Assembly (NCBI GenBank): GCA_030612045.1
Contig: JAUWOP010000002.1
Coordinates: forward strand, 5,894 to 69,893
DNA: 64,000 nucleotides
DNA from: Chloroflexota bacterium
Lineage (GTDB): Bacteria; Chloroflexota; Dehalococcoidia; UBA2247; JAUWOP01
Direction of reading: 5' to 3'
Position 1 is the first letter of the stretch. Every line of letters starts with the position of its first letter. This document shows, piece after piece, positions 49,702 to 59,206 of this stretch. Both the position numbers and the translations under genes were made by a program. The notes beneath the pieces were generated by a model that did no database searches, had not been told where the DNA came from, and saw only the letters and a program-made list of their open reading frames with translations.

Positions 49702-51387
49702 ATGTTTTGGGAAGGAGGATTGTTTATGGGTGTGCCGAGTAAGAGCAAGCAGGATTGGATAAATGGCACCTTTGAGCCTGCTGTAAAACGTGCTCCTGAG
49801 CGTCAGGAAAGGTTTGAAGGTAGCTCCCGAATAGAATTCAAGGCATTATATACACCGGAGGATTTAGAGGGGTTCAACTATAATGAAGCGCTAGGATACC
49901 CCGGTGAATACCCATTTACCCGAGGTGCGCAACCTTCTATGTATAGAGGGAAGCTGTGGACTATGCGGCAGTACTCCGGTTTTGCCTCTGCGGAGGAATC
50001 TAATCGGCGCTACCGTTATCTTCTGGAGCAGGGTCAAACAGGGCTCAGTATCGCTTTCGATCTTCCTACACAAATCGGATACGATTCTGACCACCCTCTA
50101 TCTGAGGGTGAGGTAGGCAAAGTAGGAGTCCCAATCGATTCCTTGCAAGACATGGAGATACTCTTTCAGGAAATACCTCTGGAGAAGGTAAGTACCTCCA
50201 TGACTATTAATTCTACCGCCCCTATTCTCCTGGCAATGTATATTGCCATGGCAAGGAAGCAGGGAGCTAATCCAGCGAAACTAAATGGGACTATTCAGAA
50301 TGATGTGCTCAAGGAATATATTGCACGAGGAACTCATATCTTCCCACCTCGGCCCTCAATGCGTTTAATTACCGACATATTCAAGTATTGTCGTGAAAGT
50401 ATTCCCCGCTGGAACACCATAAGTATTAGCGGTTACCATATAAGGGAAGCAGGAGCAACTGCTGCGCAGGAGGTCGCCTTCACCCTGGCTGATGGAATTG
50501 CCTATGTGCAGGCGGCTATTGATGCTGGGCTTGATGTCGATGAGTTTGCCGGCAGATTATCATTCTTCTTCGATGCTCACAATAATTTCTTTGAAGAAGT
50601 GGCGAAATTCCGAGCAGCAAGGAGGATGTGGGCAAAGATTATGAAGGAGCGTTTCAAGTCGAAGGATCCTCGTTCCTGCACACTACGCTTTCATACTCAG
50701 ACTGCTGGTTGCAGCTTGACAGCTCAACAGCCCCACAATAATATTGTGAGGACAGCGATAGAAGCTCTGGCGGCTGTCCTGGGAGGCACACAGTCACTGC
50801 ATACTAATTCCTATGACGAGGCTTATGCTATCCCCGGCGAGGAAGCAGTTACAGTAGCATTACGCACCCAGCAGCTTCTTGCCAACGAGAATCGTGTGGG
50901 TGATTGCATTGACCCCATGGGTGGCTCTTATTTTATAGAGACCCTTACTGATGCTCTAGAGAAGGAGGCTACAAAATATATCGAGAATATCGATAAGTTA
51001 GGGGGTGCCCTCGCTGCTATTGAGCATGGTTACCAGCAACGAGAGATTCAAGAGAGTTCTTATCAATACCAGAAGGATATTGAGAGCGGGAAACAAGTAA
51101 TCGTGGGAGTTAATAAGTTCATCTCCGACTATCCAAAGATAACTGGCTTGACCCGCATTGACCCGGCGGAAGCAAGAAGGCAAAAGGAAAAACTGGCGCG
51201 AGTTAAGGCAGAGAGAGACCAGGCTAAGGTTACTGCAGCTCTGAAAAGGTTGGAGGAGGTAGCACGCGGAACAGAGAATACTATGCCTGCTTTCGTAGAA
51301 TGTGTTGAATCCTATGCGACGCTGGGTGAGATATGTGATACATTGCGGAATATATTCGGGGTGCAGAGGGAAGTGCTGGTCTTCTAA
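49702..51387 (+). CDS. methylmalonyl-CoA mutase family, catalytic (substrate-binding) subunit
   Basis: MCM N-terminal TIM-barrel signature ([21 protein letters not shown]). The B12-binding domain is encoded separately at 53252-53677. Confidence 0.85.
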   Translation: MFWEGGLFMGVPSKSKQDWINGTFEPAVKRAPERQERFEGSSRIEFKALYTPEDLEGFNYNEALGYPGEYPFTRGAQPSMYRGKLWTMRQYSGFASAEESNRRYRYLLEQGQTGLSIAFDLPTQIGYDSDHPLSEGEVGKVGVPIDSLQDMEILFQEIPLEKVSTSMTINSTAPILLAMYIAMARKQGANPAKLNGTIQNDVLKEYIARGTHIFPPRPSMRLITDIFKYCRESIPRWNTISISGYHIREAGATAAQEVAFTLADGIAYVQAAIDAGLDVDEFAGRLSFFFDAHNNFFEEVAKFRAARRMWAKIMKERFKSKDPRSCTLRFHTQTAGCSLTAQQPHNNIVRTAIEALAAVLGGTQSLHTNSYDEAYAIPGEEAVTVALRTQQLLANENRVGDCIDPMGGSYFIETLTDALEKEATKYIENIDKLGGALAAIEHGYQQREIQESSYQYQKDIESGKQVIVGVNKFISDYPKITGLTRIDPAEARRQKEKLARVKAERDQAKVTAALKRLEEVARGTENTMPAFVECVESYATLGEICDTLRNIFGVQREVLVF

Positions 51388-51445
51388 TAGGAGAATTAGC
51401 TGACGGTTATCAGTTAATGACTGCCAGAGGAACGGCAAAATTTAT

Positions 51446-52603
51446 ATGCAAGGAGATTGCCAAATGGACTTTTCCTTCAATGAAGAACAGTTGATGTTTC
51501 AGAAGATGGTGCGGGATTTTGCTGCAAAGGAGATTGCGCCTGTAGCAGCACAGGTAGACGAAACAGCAGAGTATCCTGCTGAGCAGATAAAGAAGATAGG
51601 CGATTTGGGGCTTATGGGGATAACTATCCCTGAGGAATATGGGGGAAGTGGCAAAGGCAGGGTGGACTTTTGTATTGCTGTGGAGGAGCTTAGTCATGCC
51701 TCTGCTGCTATCTGCGCTCCCTTCCGTATTAGCCTGTCTTTAGGGCTCACCCCTATTCTTATGCATGGCTCAGATGACCAGAAGCAGAGGTATCTGGTTC
51801 CTCATGCCAAAGGGGAGGAACTGGCTTGCTTTGGGCTAACTGAAGCTGGCGCCGGAAGTGACCCAGCAGCTCTGGTAACCTCTGCCAGGCGGGAGGACGA
51901 CCACTATGTTATTAATGGTAATAAGCTCTTCATTAGTAATGGTGCAGAGGCAGATATAGCAGTGATATTTGCCACTATGGATAAATCATTGGGCTATCGT
52001 GGGATAACTGCTTTTATCGTGGATAAGGGTACCCCAGGGTTCTCTGTAGGTAAGCACGAGAATAAGTTAGGATTTCGTGGTTTGTCTGCAACAGAACTCA
52101 TATTTGAGGAATGCCGCGTGCCAGCAGCGAATCGGATTGAGGCGGAGGGTAAAGGTTTTAGAGTAGGACTTGAAGCCCTGGATGAAAGCAGGACTACGGT
52201 GGGTGCTGAAGCCCTAGGCATCTCCAAAGCCGCCTTTGATGCTGCTGTAAGCTATGCTAAGGAGCGCCAACAATTTGGACAAGCGCTCTCCAGCCTTCAG
52301 GCAATTCAGTGGATGTTAGCCGATATGGCAGTACACATTGAAGCTGCCAGACTCCTGACATATCAGGCAGCCTACTTCCAGGACCATGGGTTACCTTTCA
52401 TAAAGGAGGCAGCTATAGCTAAACTGTTCTCTTCTGAGGCTTCCAGTATGGTAACTAATAAGGCACTTCAGATTCATGGTGGATATGGCTACACCAAGGA
52501 TTATCCTCTGGAGCGTTATCTCCGGGATGCCAAGCTAACTGAGATATATGAAGGGACTTCGGAGATGCAACGCATGACCATTGCCAGGCATGTACTGCGC
52601 TAA
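51446..52603 (+). CDS. acyl-CoA dehydrogenase
   Basis: ACAD N-terminal, middle and C-terminal domain motifs (GLTEAGAGSD; catalytic region YEGTSEMQR). Confidence 0.85.
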   Translation: MQGDCQMDFSFNEEQLMFQKMVRDFAAKEIAPVAAQVDETAEYPAEQIKKIGDLGLMGITIPEEYGGSGKGRVDFCIAVEELSHASAAICAPFRISLSLGLTPILMHGSDDQKQRYLVPHAKGEELACFGLTEAGAGSDPAALVTSARREDDHYVINGNKLFISNGAEADIAVIFATMDKSLGYRGITAFIVDKGTPGFSVGKHENKLGFRGLSATELIFEECRVPAANRIEAEGKGFRVGLEALDESRTTVGAEALGISKAAFDAAVSYAKERQQFGQALSSLQAIQWMLADMAVHIEAARLLTYQAAYFQDHGLPFIKEAAIAKLFSSEASSMVTNKALQIHGGYGYTKDYPLERYLRDAKLTEIYEGTSEMQRMTIARHVLR

Positions 52604-52611
52604 CGGTAACA

Positions 52612-52760
52612 TATTGGTAACTACTCAGCCACAGAGGACACCGAGGTCATATAAAGGTTCTTTTAATGTGACTACTCAGGTTATTAGGTTCATGGTTCAC
52701 GGTTACTGGGTTCAACTCTGAACCTTGAACTCGGGAACTGTGAACCTGTGTAGTTACGCA
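52612..52760. repeat. intergenic family-D/C-related repeat cluster (GTAACTACTCAGCCACAGAGGACACCGAGG...)
   Basis: Sequence similarity to 6660-6840 and 20855-20900. Confidence 0.6.
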
Positions 52761-52865
52761 TATTGTTTATAGTCTTTCACCTGACTCCCTCTTATCAAGA
52801 GAGATGGTAGGATAGAGATGAGCTATAAGGAATTTTGCAGTTGATTACTGCAGGAGGAGGTACGA

Positions 52866-53267
52866 ATGGTAAAGAAGATAGACCATGTAGCTATTGGTGT
52901 GAAGAATCTAGATGAGGCATTGCAACTTTATGAGAAATTGTTCGGGCTCAAGCCTTCTTGTATTGAAACTATCCCTGCCCAGGGAGTGAAGGCAGCCATC
53001 CTACCCGTTGGGGATGGCAGTGAGCTTGAGTTGCTGGAGCCTATCGACCCTCAGAGTGGAGTAGGGAAGTTTGTAGAAAAGAGTGGTGGTGGCATTCACC
53101 ATATTGCCATTGAGGTAGATGATGTGGATAAAGAGCTCGATATTCTCGCGGGAAAAGGTGTAGCTCTCATAGATAAGAAAGGTAGACCCGGATTGGCAGG
53201 AAAGGTTGCGTTTATTCATCCCAAGTCGATGGGAGGCGTGCTTGTTGAGCTGTGCCAGAAGGTCTAA
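52866..53267 (+). CDS. methylmalonyl-CoA epimerase (VOC/glyoxalase fold)
   Basis: [15 protein letters not shown]...HHIAIEVDD metal-binding His/Glu motifs, in context with the mutase. Confidence 0.75.
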   Translation: MVKKIDHVAIGVKNLDEALQLYEKLFGLKPSCIETIPAQGVKAAILPVGDGSELELLEPIDPQSGVGKFVEKSGGGIHHIAIEVDDVDKELDILAGKGVALIDKKGRPGLAGKVAFIHPKSMGGVLVELCQKV

Positions 53268-53677
53268 AAGAGAGGGAGGTAAGAATTGTGGTAGAAGCAG
53301 TGAAGCGTGTTTTAGTAGCAAAACCCGGTTTAGATGGGCACGACCGTGGCGCTAAGATAGTAGCCCGAGCATTACGGGATGCAGGAATGGAGGTAATCTA
53401 CACAGGAATTCGCCAGACCCCAGAGATGATTGCCGAAACAGCTCTCCAGGAGGATGTAGAGGTGGTGGGACTGAGTATTCTCTCTGGTGCTCACCTGGAG
53501 CTTTTCCCTCTAGTTATAGACCAGCTTAAGAAGAGGGGAATGAGTAAGGTTAGAGTAATTGCCGGTGGGATTATACCCGAAGAAGATGTATCTGCTTTAA
53601 AGGAGATAGGAGTGTCAGCGGTTTTTGGGCCCGGAACTCCAACTCAACAGATTATCGATTGTGTACAAGGATCATAG
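53252..53677 (+). CDS. methylmalonyl-CoA mutase B12-binding subunit
   Basis: The DxHxxG cobalamin-binding motif ([11 protein letters not shown]) and a GG...IIP C-terminal motif. Confidence 0.8.
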   Translation: MPEGLKEREVRIVVEAVKRVLVAKPGLDGHDRGAKIVARALRDAGMEVIYTGIRQTPEMIAETALQEDVEVVGLSILSGAHLELFPLVIDQLKKRGMSKVRVIAGGIIPEEDVSALKEIGVSAVFGPGTPTQQIIDCVQGS

Positions 53678-53776
53678 GTAGCTAGAATTTCCCTGAGATG
53701 GGTGGTGCTAGGGGCTTAATTGGAAACCACTCATAGTGAAAAGCACCACTTCTAGGATTAGGTCACAAACATCATC

Positions 53777-53849
53777 GGGGATATAGCTCAGTTGGGAGAG
53801 CGCTGCGTTCGCATCGCAGAGGTTGGGGGTTCGAATCCCCCTATCTCCA
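53777..53849 (+). tRNA. tRNA-Ala (anticodon CGC)
   Basis: Acceptor GGGGATA/TATCTCC with a G3:U70 wobble pair (the Ala identity element). Anticodon loop TTCGCAT, T-loop GTTCGAATC. Confidence 0.8.
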
Positions 53850-54048
53850 CTCTTTTCATCTCTTTCTTAACACTGTATCTCATTCTTACCCTGAAATGGT
53901 TATAGCTATCCCCCGGTGAGCTTTCCCATAAAGTGACCTATCCCCAACAACCACGATAAAATAGAAGCTTAACCAATCAATGCTGCTCCAGCTTGACAAA
54001 AGAAGGGAAACCCTATACGATGAAGAGGTTAATTTTAAATTGGAGGTA

Positions 54049-54195
54049 ATGATGAGAAAGATAGGATTAGCAACGACCATTATTTTCCTAATAGCATTGC
54101 TTGTTAGTTGTGTGGGGCTTAGTGGTTGTGGTGGTAATGGTAATGGTGACGGTAATGGAGGGGGAACAATAACTGAGCTGCCAGGAACCTATTAG
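54049..54195 (+). CDS. lipoprotein signal peptide fragment (lipobox LSGC) with a Gly/Asn-rich tail, ending at an in-frame TAG
   Basis: MMRKIGLATTIIFLIALLVSCVGLSGCGGNGNG... The same reading frame continues into ORF 54232-54792 after a single TAG. Confidence 0.4.
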   Translation: MMRKIGLATTIIFLIALLVSCVGLSGCGGNGNGDGNGGGTITELPGTY

Positions 54196-54231
54196 TTCTC
54201 CATAGAATATTCGGAATCGGATGGAGACACA

Positions 54232-54792
54232 ATGACTATGGAGGTGTGGGTGAGGGAGGATGGGAAGGCGAGGACTGACTACTGGAAATGGACAACGCCT
54301 GGTGAGCCAACAGAGACAAAAATTTTCATCAGCGATGGTGAATTTGACTGGATGTATCATCCCTCTGTTGAGAACACAGCTTATAAGTGGTCCTTAGGGT
54401 CCGGGATGAACCCAGGCATAGTTTGCGAGGCATGGTTTACCGGGTCTTACTATGGTGACTATATGACAGAGGGTGAGATACTGGCAGCAATGCAGGCTAC
54501 ATGTGCCGCTAACCCCAAATGCGCCAGTGTGACCTTGGATCATGAGACAATTTCTGAAGAGTATTGCACCAAGTTCACCTGGAACTATACCAATGGCGAC
54601 ACATACAGCTTCTGGATTCCACAAGCCCACGGCTGGCTCGCGAAGTGGCAGTATTACGAGGCATCCGAAGGTGTTACCACAACGATGCAGTTTACAGATA
54701 TAGACCTGGACCCAACAATACCAGATGACATCTTCGATGTAGACAAAGTTTTCGCCCCTGGAACCGAAATAATAGATATGACCGTGGGATAG
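54232..54792 (+). CDS. hypothetical secreted-domain protein, probable continuation of the upstream lipoprotein
   Basis: In frame with 54049-54195. No RBS of its own is evident. Confidence 0.45.
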   Translation: MTMEVWVREDGKARTDYWKWTTPGEPTETKIFISDGEFDWMYHPSVENTAYKWSLGSGMNPGIVCEAWFTGSYYGDYMTEGEILAAMQATCAANPKCASVTLDHETISEEYCTKFTWNYTNGDTYSFWIPQAHGWLAKWQYYEASEGVTTTMQFTDIDLDPTIPDDIFDVDKVFAPGTEIIDMTVG

Positions 54793-54967
54793 TGAGCTGA
54801 GGTATTCGCTGCCGGACGACAGTGTCAGCTATTTAAAGGTTGGCGGCAGCGGGGGTGGCGCTGGCTGGGAATATGAGCTGACAGACCTTACCCTGGGATG
54901 AGAAGCGAGAACGCGAGCGGAGCGTGACAGTCTCAGGTTATAAGCCGTCATATAGAATGTCAAGATA

Positions 54968-54995
54968 GGGCTTGGCAATAAGCCAAGCCTTATCT
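54968..54995 (+). terminator. rho-independent terminator GGGCTTGGC-aataa-GCCAAGCC + TTATCTTG
   Basis: GC-rich 8-9 bp stem followed by a T-rich tract, ~175 nt after the stop. Confidence 0.45.
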
Positions 54996-55305
54996 TGTAT
55001 ATACTTGGCTCAAGGTTTCAACTTACTGCAGGTTAGAGGTCGATCTATTGAGCGAGCGCAAGAGTTCCTTTCGATATCTGAGAACTCAATTAAGCTCTAG
55101 TTGAATGGGAGAAGGTGTATAATACCATCCGATTTCATCAAGCATTGGTATACTTCACACCAAGGGAGTTTCTGGAATGCTATCAACAAAATCGGAGAAA
55201 GGAGGTGATGTGTCACTGATGTATTGAACAAGCACAGAGGTTGTTTATTCTCACTAGAATATGGTATTATCCCACGAAGTTTAAGCCATCGAATAAGGAG
55301 GTAAA

Positions 55306-55737
55306 ATGTTTTGTGGTAAGTGTGGCGCTGAGAACCCTGAAGGCACTACCTTTTGTCAGAAGTGTGGAGCTGTTTTGACCCCCTCTACTCCAAGTGGTGA
55401 GGCTAAGCCTACTGGATTACAACCAAATGTGGCTGGGCTACTTTGCTATGTAGTGGGCTGGATAACTGGATTGATATTCTTCCTTATGGAGAAGGAGGAC
55501 CAGTTCGTCCGCTTCCATGCTATGCAGTCTATAGTCACCTTTGGTGGTCTTACCGTAATCAGCATCGTGTTCTCTATACTCGGGTTAATCCCTTATGTAG
55601 GTCTCATATTTGGGGTATTACAGATACTTGTGGGTATCCTGGGGTTTGTCCTCTGGATACTGCTGATGGTCAAGGCGTATCAGGGCCAGAGATACAAGCT
55701 TCCTTGGGTTGGCAACTTTGCTGAAAAGTATATCTAG
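55306..55737 (+). CDS. zinc-ribbon + DUF4870-like membrane protein
   Basis: MFCGKCGAENPEGTTFCQKCG zinc ribbon followed by three TM helices. Confidence 0.6.
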   Translation: MFCGKCGAENPEGTTFCQKCGAVLTPSTPSGEAKPTGLQPNVAGLLCYVVGWITGLIFFLMEKEDQFVRFHAMQSIVTFGGLTVISIVFSILGLIPYVGLIFGVLQILVGILGFVLWILLMVKAYQGQRYKLPWVGNFAEKYI

Positions 55738-55825
55738 GAAAGTGCCCCAAAATGCCAGCCGTGCCAATTTGGAGGTAGTACCTCTAGTAATTATCTGGGG
55801 GTTTCATCGATAGAAAGGAGGTAAA

Positions 55826-56218
55826 ATGTTTTGTGGTAAGTGTGGCGCCGAGAATCCTGAAGATGCAGCCTTTTGTGGTAAGTGTGGAGCTGACCTGGCC
55901 TCACCTGCCCCGAGTGAGCCCATGTCCGCCAGGGAAAGTACCGTGATGCAGCCAATGGAAGAGCGCAAAGCGATGGTGAGCTTCCAACTTTCTGTTGGAC
56001 CTATTCTCAGGTACCTGGCTTATGCGGCAGCAGGGTGTTTTGTGATTGCTGGCATCTGCTCCGCTGCCCAATCTGGTCACTTCAACGGAGCTATTAGGGC
56101 TAGCTGGCTTTTTGTTTATTTCGGTCAGGCAGCTTTTTATGGTGGCTTACTATATGCCTTTTCATACCTGGTGCCCTGGCTTCTTGAGCTCAAAAGGGCT
56201 GAGGGGAAGACAGAATAG
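55826..56218 (+). CDS. zinc-ribbon membrane protein, paralog of 55306-55737
   Basis: Identical N-terminus MFCGKCGAENPE and an identical 5' region including the RBS (gaaaggaggtaaaATGttttgtggtaagtgtggcgc). Confidence 0.6.
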   Translation: MFCGKCGAENPEDAAFCGKCGADLASPAPSEPMSARESTVMQPMEERKAMVSFQLSVGPILRYLAYAAAGCFVIAGICSAAQSGHFNGAIRASWLFVYFGQAAFYGGLLYAFSYLVPWLLELKRAEGKTE

Positions 56219-56326
56219 GAGAAGGCTGTTCTCAGGTAAGCACCTTTTAGAAGGCTGTTGACACAGCTAAATTAGGTTATTCTGATTATAGCATCTTGCA
56301 AAAATAACCGTATTATGTCATTGCGA

Positions 56327-56395
56327 GGAGCGCTAGCGAGATTGCTTCGCTTTGCTCGCAATGACAACCTATTTTCATGATTCGTCGGTGAGCAG
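56327..56395. repeat. A-type hairpin + linker module in inverted orientation
   Basis: GTCATTGCGAGgagcgctagcGAGATTGCTTCGctttgCTCGCAATGAC, then CCTATTTTCATG (reverse complement of CCATGAAAATAGG). Confidence 0.8.
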
Positions 56396-56446
56396 TTACA
56401 CATGGGGATTTGCTATCTTAATTCTTATTCTCGCGAGGAGATTTCC

Positions 56447-56935
56447 ATGGTAGAGCCACTGGAGCAGATTTTCGCTTCGTGTAAAGTTGAAAGGAAAGAG
56501 CTTATTCCCTTACTACAGGAAATTCAGGAAAAGCTGGGCTATCTCTCTGATGATGCCATGAAGGCTGCTGCCGAATTTCTGCATATTCCTCCGAGTGCTG
56601 TCTATGGAGTGGCTACCTTCTATAACCAGTTCCGTTTTGTTCCTGCGGGGAAACATCCCCTGAAGATCTGCCTGGGGACTGCCTGTCACATACAGGGGAG
56701 CAAGCTCATTATGGAAGCTATGGAGCGAGAGTTGGATATTAAGGCGGGGAATGTTACCCCTGACCATGAGTTCAGCCTGGATAGGGTTGCCTGTGTGGGG
56801 TGCTGCGCTCTGGCTCCAGTAATAATAGACAAAAAGACAGTCTACCCCCGGATGACCCCCTTCAAGGTAGAGGAGGTGCTGGCTCTTCTCAAGGAAGAAA
56901 ATGCCCATGGGCGGTTGCCCACCAACGAACCATGA
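56447..56935 (+). CDS. NuoE-like thioredoxin-fold [2Fe-2S] ferredoxin subunit (NADH dehydrogenase 24 kDa / HoxF-HydC type)
   Basis: The four Cys (C..C...C..C: CLGTACHIQG...CVGCCALAP) of the NuoE family. The C-terminal tail HGRLPTNEP and the stop codon are supplied by the repeat linker module. Confidence 0.8.
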   Translation: MVEPLEQIFASCKVERKELIPLLQEIQEKLGYLSDDAMKAAAEFLHIPPSAVYGVATFYNQFRFVPAGKHPLKICLGTACHIQGSKLIMEAMERELDIKAGNVTPDHEFSLDRVACVGCCALAPVIIDKKTVYPRMTPFKVEEVLALLKEENAHGRLPTNEP

Positions 56936-57240
56936 AAATAGGCTGTCATTGCGAGCGAAGCGAAGCAATCTCGGTGGGGCGGCGATGAGATTGCTTCGTC
57001 GCTACGCTCCTCGCAATGACACATTATGGGGGCGTGCCTCGCAATGACAAATGTGGGGTCAGTCTATTTTCGGAATAAACACTCATGGGCGGCTGCCCAC
57101 CAACGAACCATGAAAATAGTGCTTCCTTGCAACGACTTTGCCTGTCATTCCTGCGGAAGCAGGAATCCATGTGGGGTGGGTGTAGATTCCCGCCTGCGCG
57201 GGAATGACATAGTCTATTTTCGAAGCAAAGAGTGTGAATC
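56902..57240. repeat. 340-bp repeat array: linker, nested A-type hairpin unit, linker (CTATTTTCGGAATAAACACTCATGGGCGGCTGCCCACCAACGAACCATGAAAATAG), B-type two-hairpin unit, linker
   Basis: Same module order (in a different arrangement) as 61195-61455. Confidence 0.85.
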
Positions 57241-57243
57241 AGG

Positions 57244-59136
57244 GTGACCTTTGAAGAGATTCAGCACCATGCCATGGCGGAGTGGGAAGCCCTCCATGCA
57301 GGTGAGATACCGTGTGTCCGTATTGGTACGGCTACTTGTGGTAGAGCAGCCGGTGCACTATCAATAGCTCACATCTTTGCCACAGAGATTGAAAGGCGGG
57401 GTATTGAGGCTGCTCTCCTGCAGGTAGGCTGTTTAGGGCTATGTTATGCTGAGCCTATCGTGGTGATAAGCAAGCCAGGGATGCCCCTAATTTGTTACTC
57501 TAATGTAACCCCGGAGATTGCCCTACGGTTGATAACAGACTACCTTGAAGATGATGACCCCTGCCTCGACCTGGCAATGGGGACACTGGAGGGTGGTGGT
57601 GAGGAGCTCCTTTATATCCCTGAGCTCACCCGGTTTGAGTATGAACAGCACTTTCTCCTGAAACGGTGTGGATATATAGACCCACTAAACATCAATCACT
57701 ATATTGCTACCGGCGGTTACCATTGTTTGAATAAGATGTTACAAACTCCTCCTCATGTAATAATTGATGAGATAGAGCGTTCCGGACTCAGGGGGAGGGG
57801 CGGGGCAGGATTCCCTACTGGTCTGAAGTGGCGGCTGTGTCATGATGCCGTTAACCTTCTCAGATATATAGTATGTAATGCTGACGAAGGAGACCCCGGT
57901 GCCTTTGTGGACCGCGTCATCCTGGAGAGTGACCCTCATGCCATCCTGGAAGGGCTACTTATTGGCGCCCATGCAGTAGGTGCCTCCAGGGGTTATGTTT
58001 ATTGCCGCTCAGAGTATCCTCTGGCTCTGCAGTGCCTTCACCATGCTGTTACCCAGATGAAAGATTATGGACTTCTGGGCAACCACATTCTGGGTTCAGA
58101 TTTCAATTTTCACCTTGAGATAGTTGAGGGCGCAGGAGCATTCGTGTGTGGTGAGGAGACGGCGCTTCTGGCTTCTATCGAAGGTAGACGTGGTATGCCA
58201 CGCCCTCGTCCTCCCTATCCTGTCGAGTCTGGCTTATGGAACAAGCCTACACTGGTTAATAATGTAAAAACCTTTGCTTGTATTCCTCTCATACTCGACT
58301 ATGGTGCTGACTGGTTTACCAGTATTGGGACAGAAAGAAGCAAAGGGACACAGGTATTCGCCTTAACAGGTAAGGTGAGACACACCGGATTGGCAGAGGT
58401 GCCAATGGGCACGACTCTCCACCAACTGATATATGACATTGGTGGCGGGATACAAGGAGACAAGACATTCAAGGCAGTCCAGATAGGGGGACCCTCAGGG
58501 GGATGCCTTCCTGCAGGGTTATTGCATACCCCAATAGATTTTGATTCCCTTGTTAATGTAGGTGCTATGATGGGTTCGGGTGGGATAGTAGCGATGGATG
58601 AAACCAGCTGTATGGTAGATATTGCCCGTTACCTTCTCGATTTTATTCAGAAGGAATCCTGTGGAAAGTGCTCTCTATGCCGCCTGGGGACCAGACAAAT
58701 GCTTCAGATATTAGAGGATATTGTGAGTGGGAAGGGTAAGGAAGGAGATATTGAGCTACTTACCAATCTTGCCGAGGATATTCAGGTGGGTTCTCTCTGT
58801 GGGCTGGGTAAGACAGCACCTAACACTGTTCTTACTACCCTGCGTTACTTCCGAGAGGAATATGAAGCCCATATTCGAGAGAAATGCTGCCCAGCACTAG
58901 TATGCAAAGACCTTATCGCCTACTATATCCTGCCTGAGAGGTGTAGTGGCGCCTGCGACCATTGTGTAGTTACTTGCTCTACCAAGGCAATCAGTAGCAA
59001 TGAAGTAGGAGTAAAGGTTATTGACCAGAGCAAGTGTGTCAAGTGCGGGACATGCCTTGAAGTCTGTCCTCTAGAGTACAGTGCAGTAATTAAGGTATCA
59101 CCTCCTGACTCTATACCAGAAGCGGGACAGAGATAG
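57244..59136 (+). CDS. NuoF-like NAD(P)H-binding flavoprotein subunit with N-terminal thioredoxin-like [2Fe-2S] domain and C-terminal 2x[4Fe-4S] ferredoxin domain (HndC/HoxF/FdhB type)
   Basis: GRGGAGFPTGLKW FMN site, a C-x2-C-x2-C-x3-C soluble-ligand cluster, and C-terminal CxxCxxCxxxCP x2. Confidence 0.85.
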   Translation: MTFEEIQHHAMAEWEALHAGEIPCVRIGTATCGRAAGALSIAHIFATEIERRGIEAALLQVGCLGLCYAEPIVVISKPGMPLICYSNVTPEIALRLITDYLEDDDPCLDLAMGTLEGGGEELLYIPELTRFEYEQHFLLKRCGYIDPLNINHYIATGGYHCLNKMLQTPPHVIIDEIERSGLRGRGGAGFPTGLKWRLCHDAVNLLRYIVCNADEGDPGAFVDRVILESDPHAILEGLLIGAHAVGASRGYVYCRSEYPLALQCLHHAVTQMKDYGLLGNHILGSDFNFHLEIVEGAGAFVCGEETALLASIEGRRGMPRPRPPYPVESGLWNKPTLVNNVKTFACIPLILDYGADWFTSIGTERSKGTQVFALTGKVRHTGLAEVPMGTTLHQLIYDIGGGIQGDKTFKAVQIGGPSGGCLPAGLLHTPIDFDSLVNVGAMMGSGGIVAMDETSCMVDIARYLLDFIQKESCGKCSLCRLGTRQMLQILEDIVSGKGKEGDIELLTNLAEDIQVGSLCGLGKTAPNTVLTTLRYFREEYEAHIREKCCPALVCKDLIAYYILPERCSGACDHCVVTCSTKAISSNEVGVKVIDQSKCVKCGTCLEVCPLEYSAVIKVSPPDSIPEAGQR

Positions 59137-59206
59137 AAAATCGGGACACAGGGAAGGAGAATCATGAGTTTCTATCCTAGCCTCTACTTGAAGCAGGAGA
59201 CAATAG

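Noticed and set aside
56902-57240. Possible CRISPR array (also 61195-61455 and 24800-25160)
   Set aside because: The units are heterogeneous multi-stem hairpin modules joined by conserved linkers, not a fixed-length direct repeat alternating with unique spacers. No cas genes are nearby.
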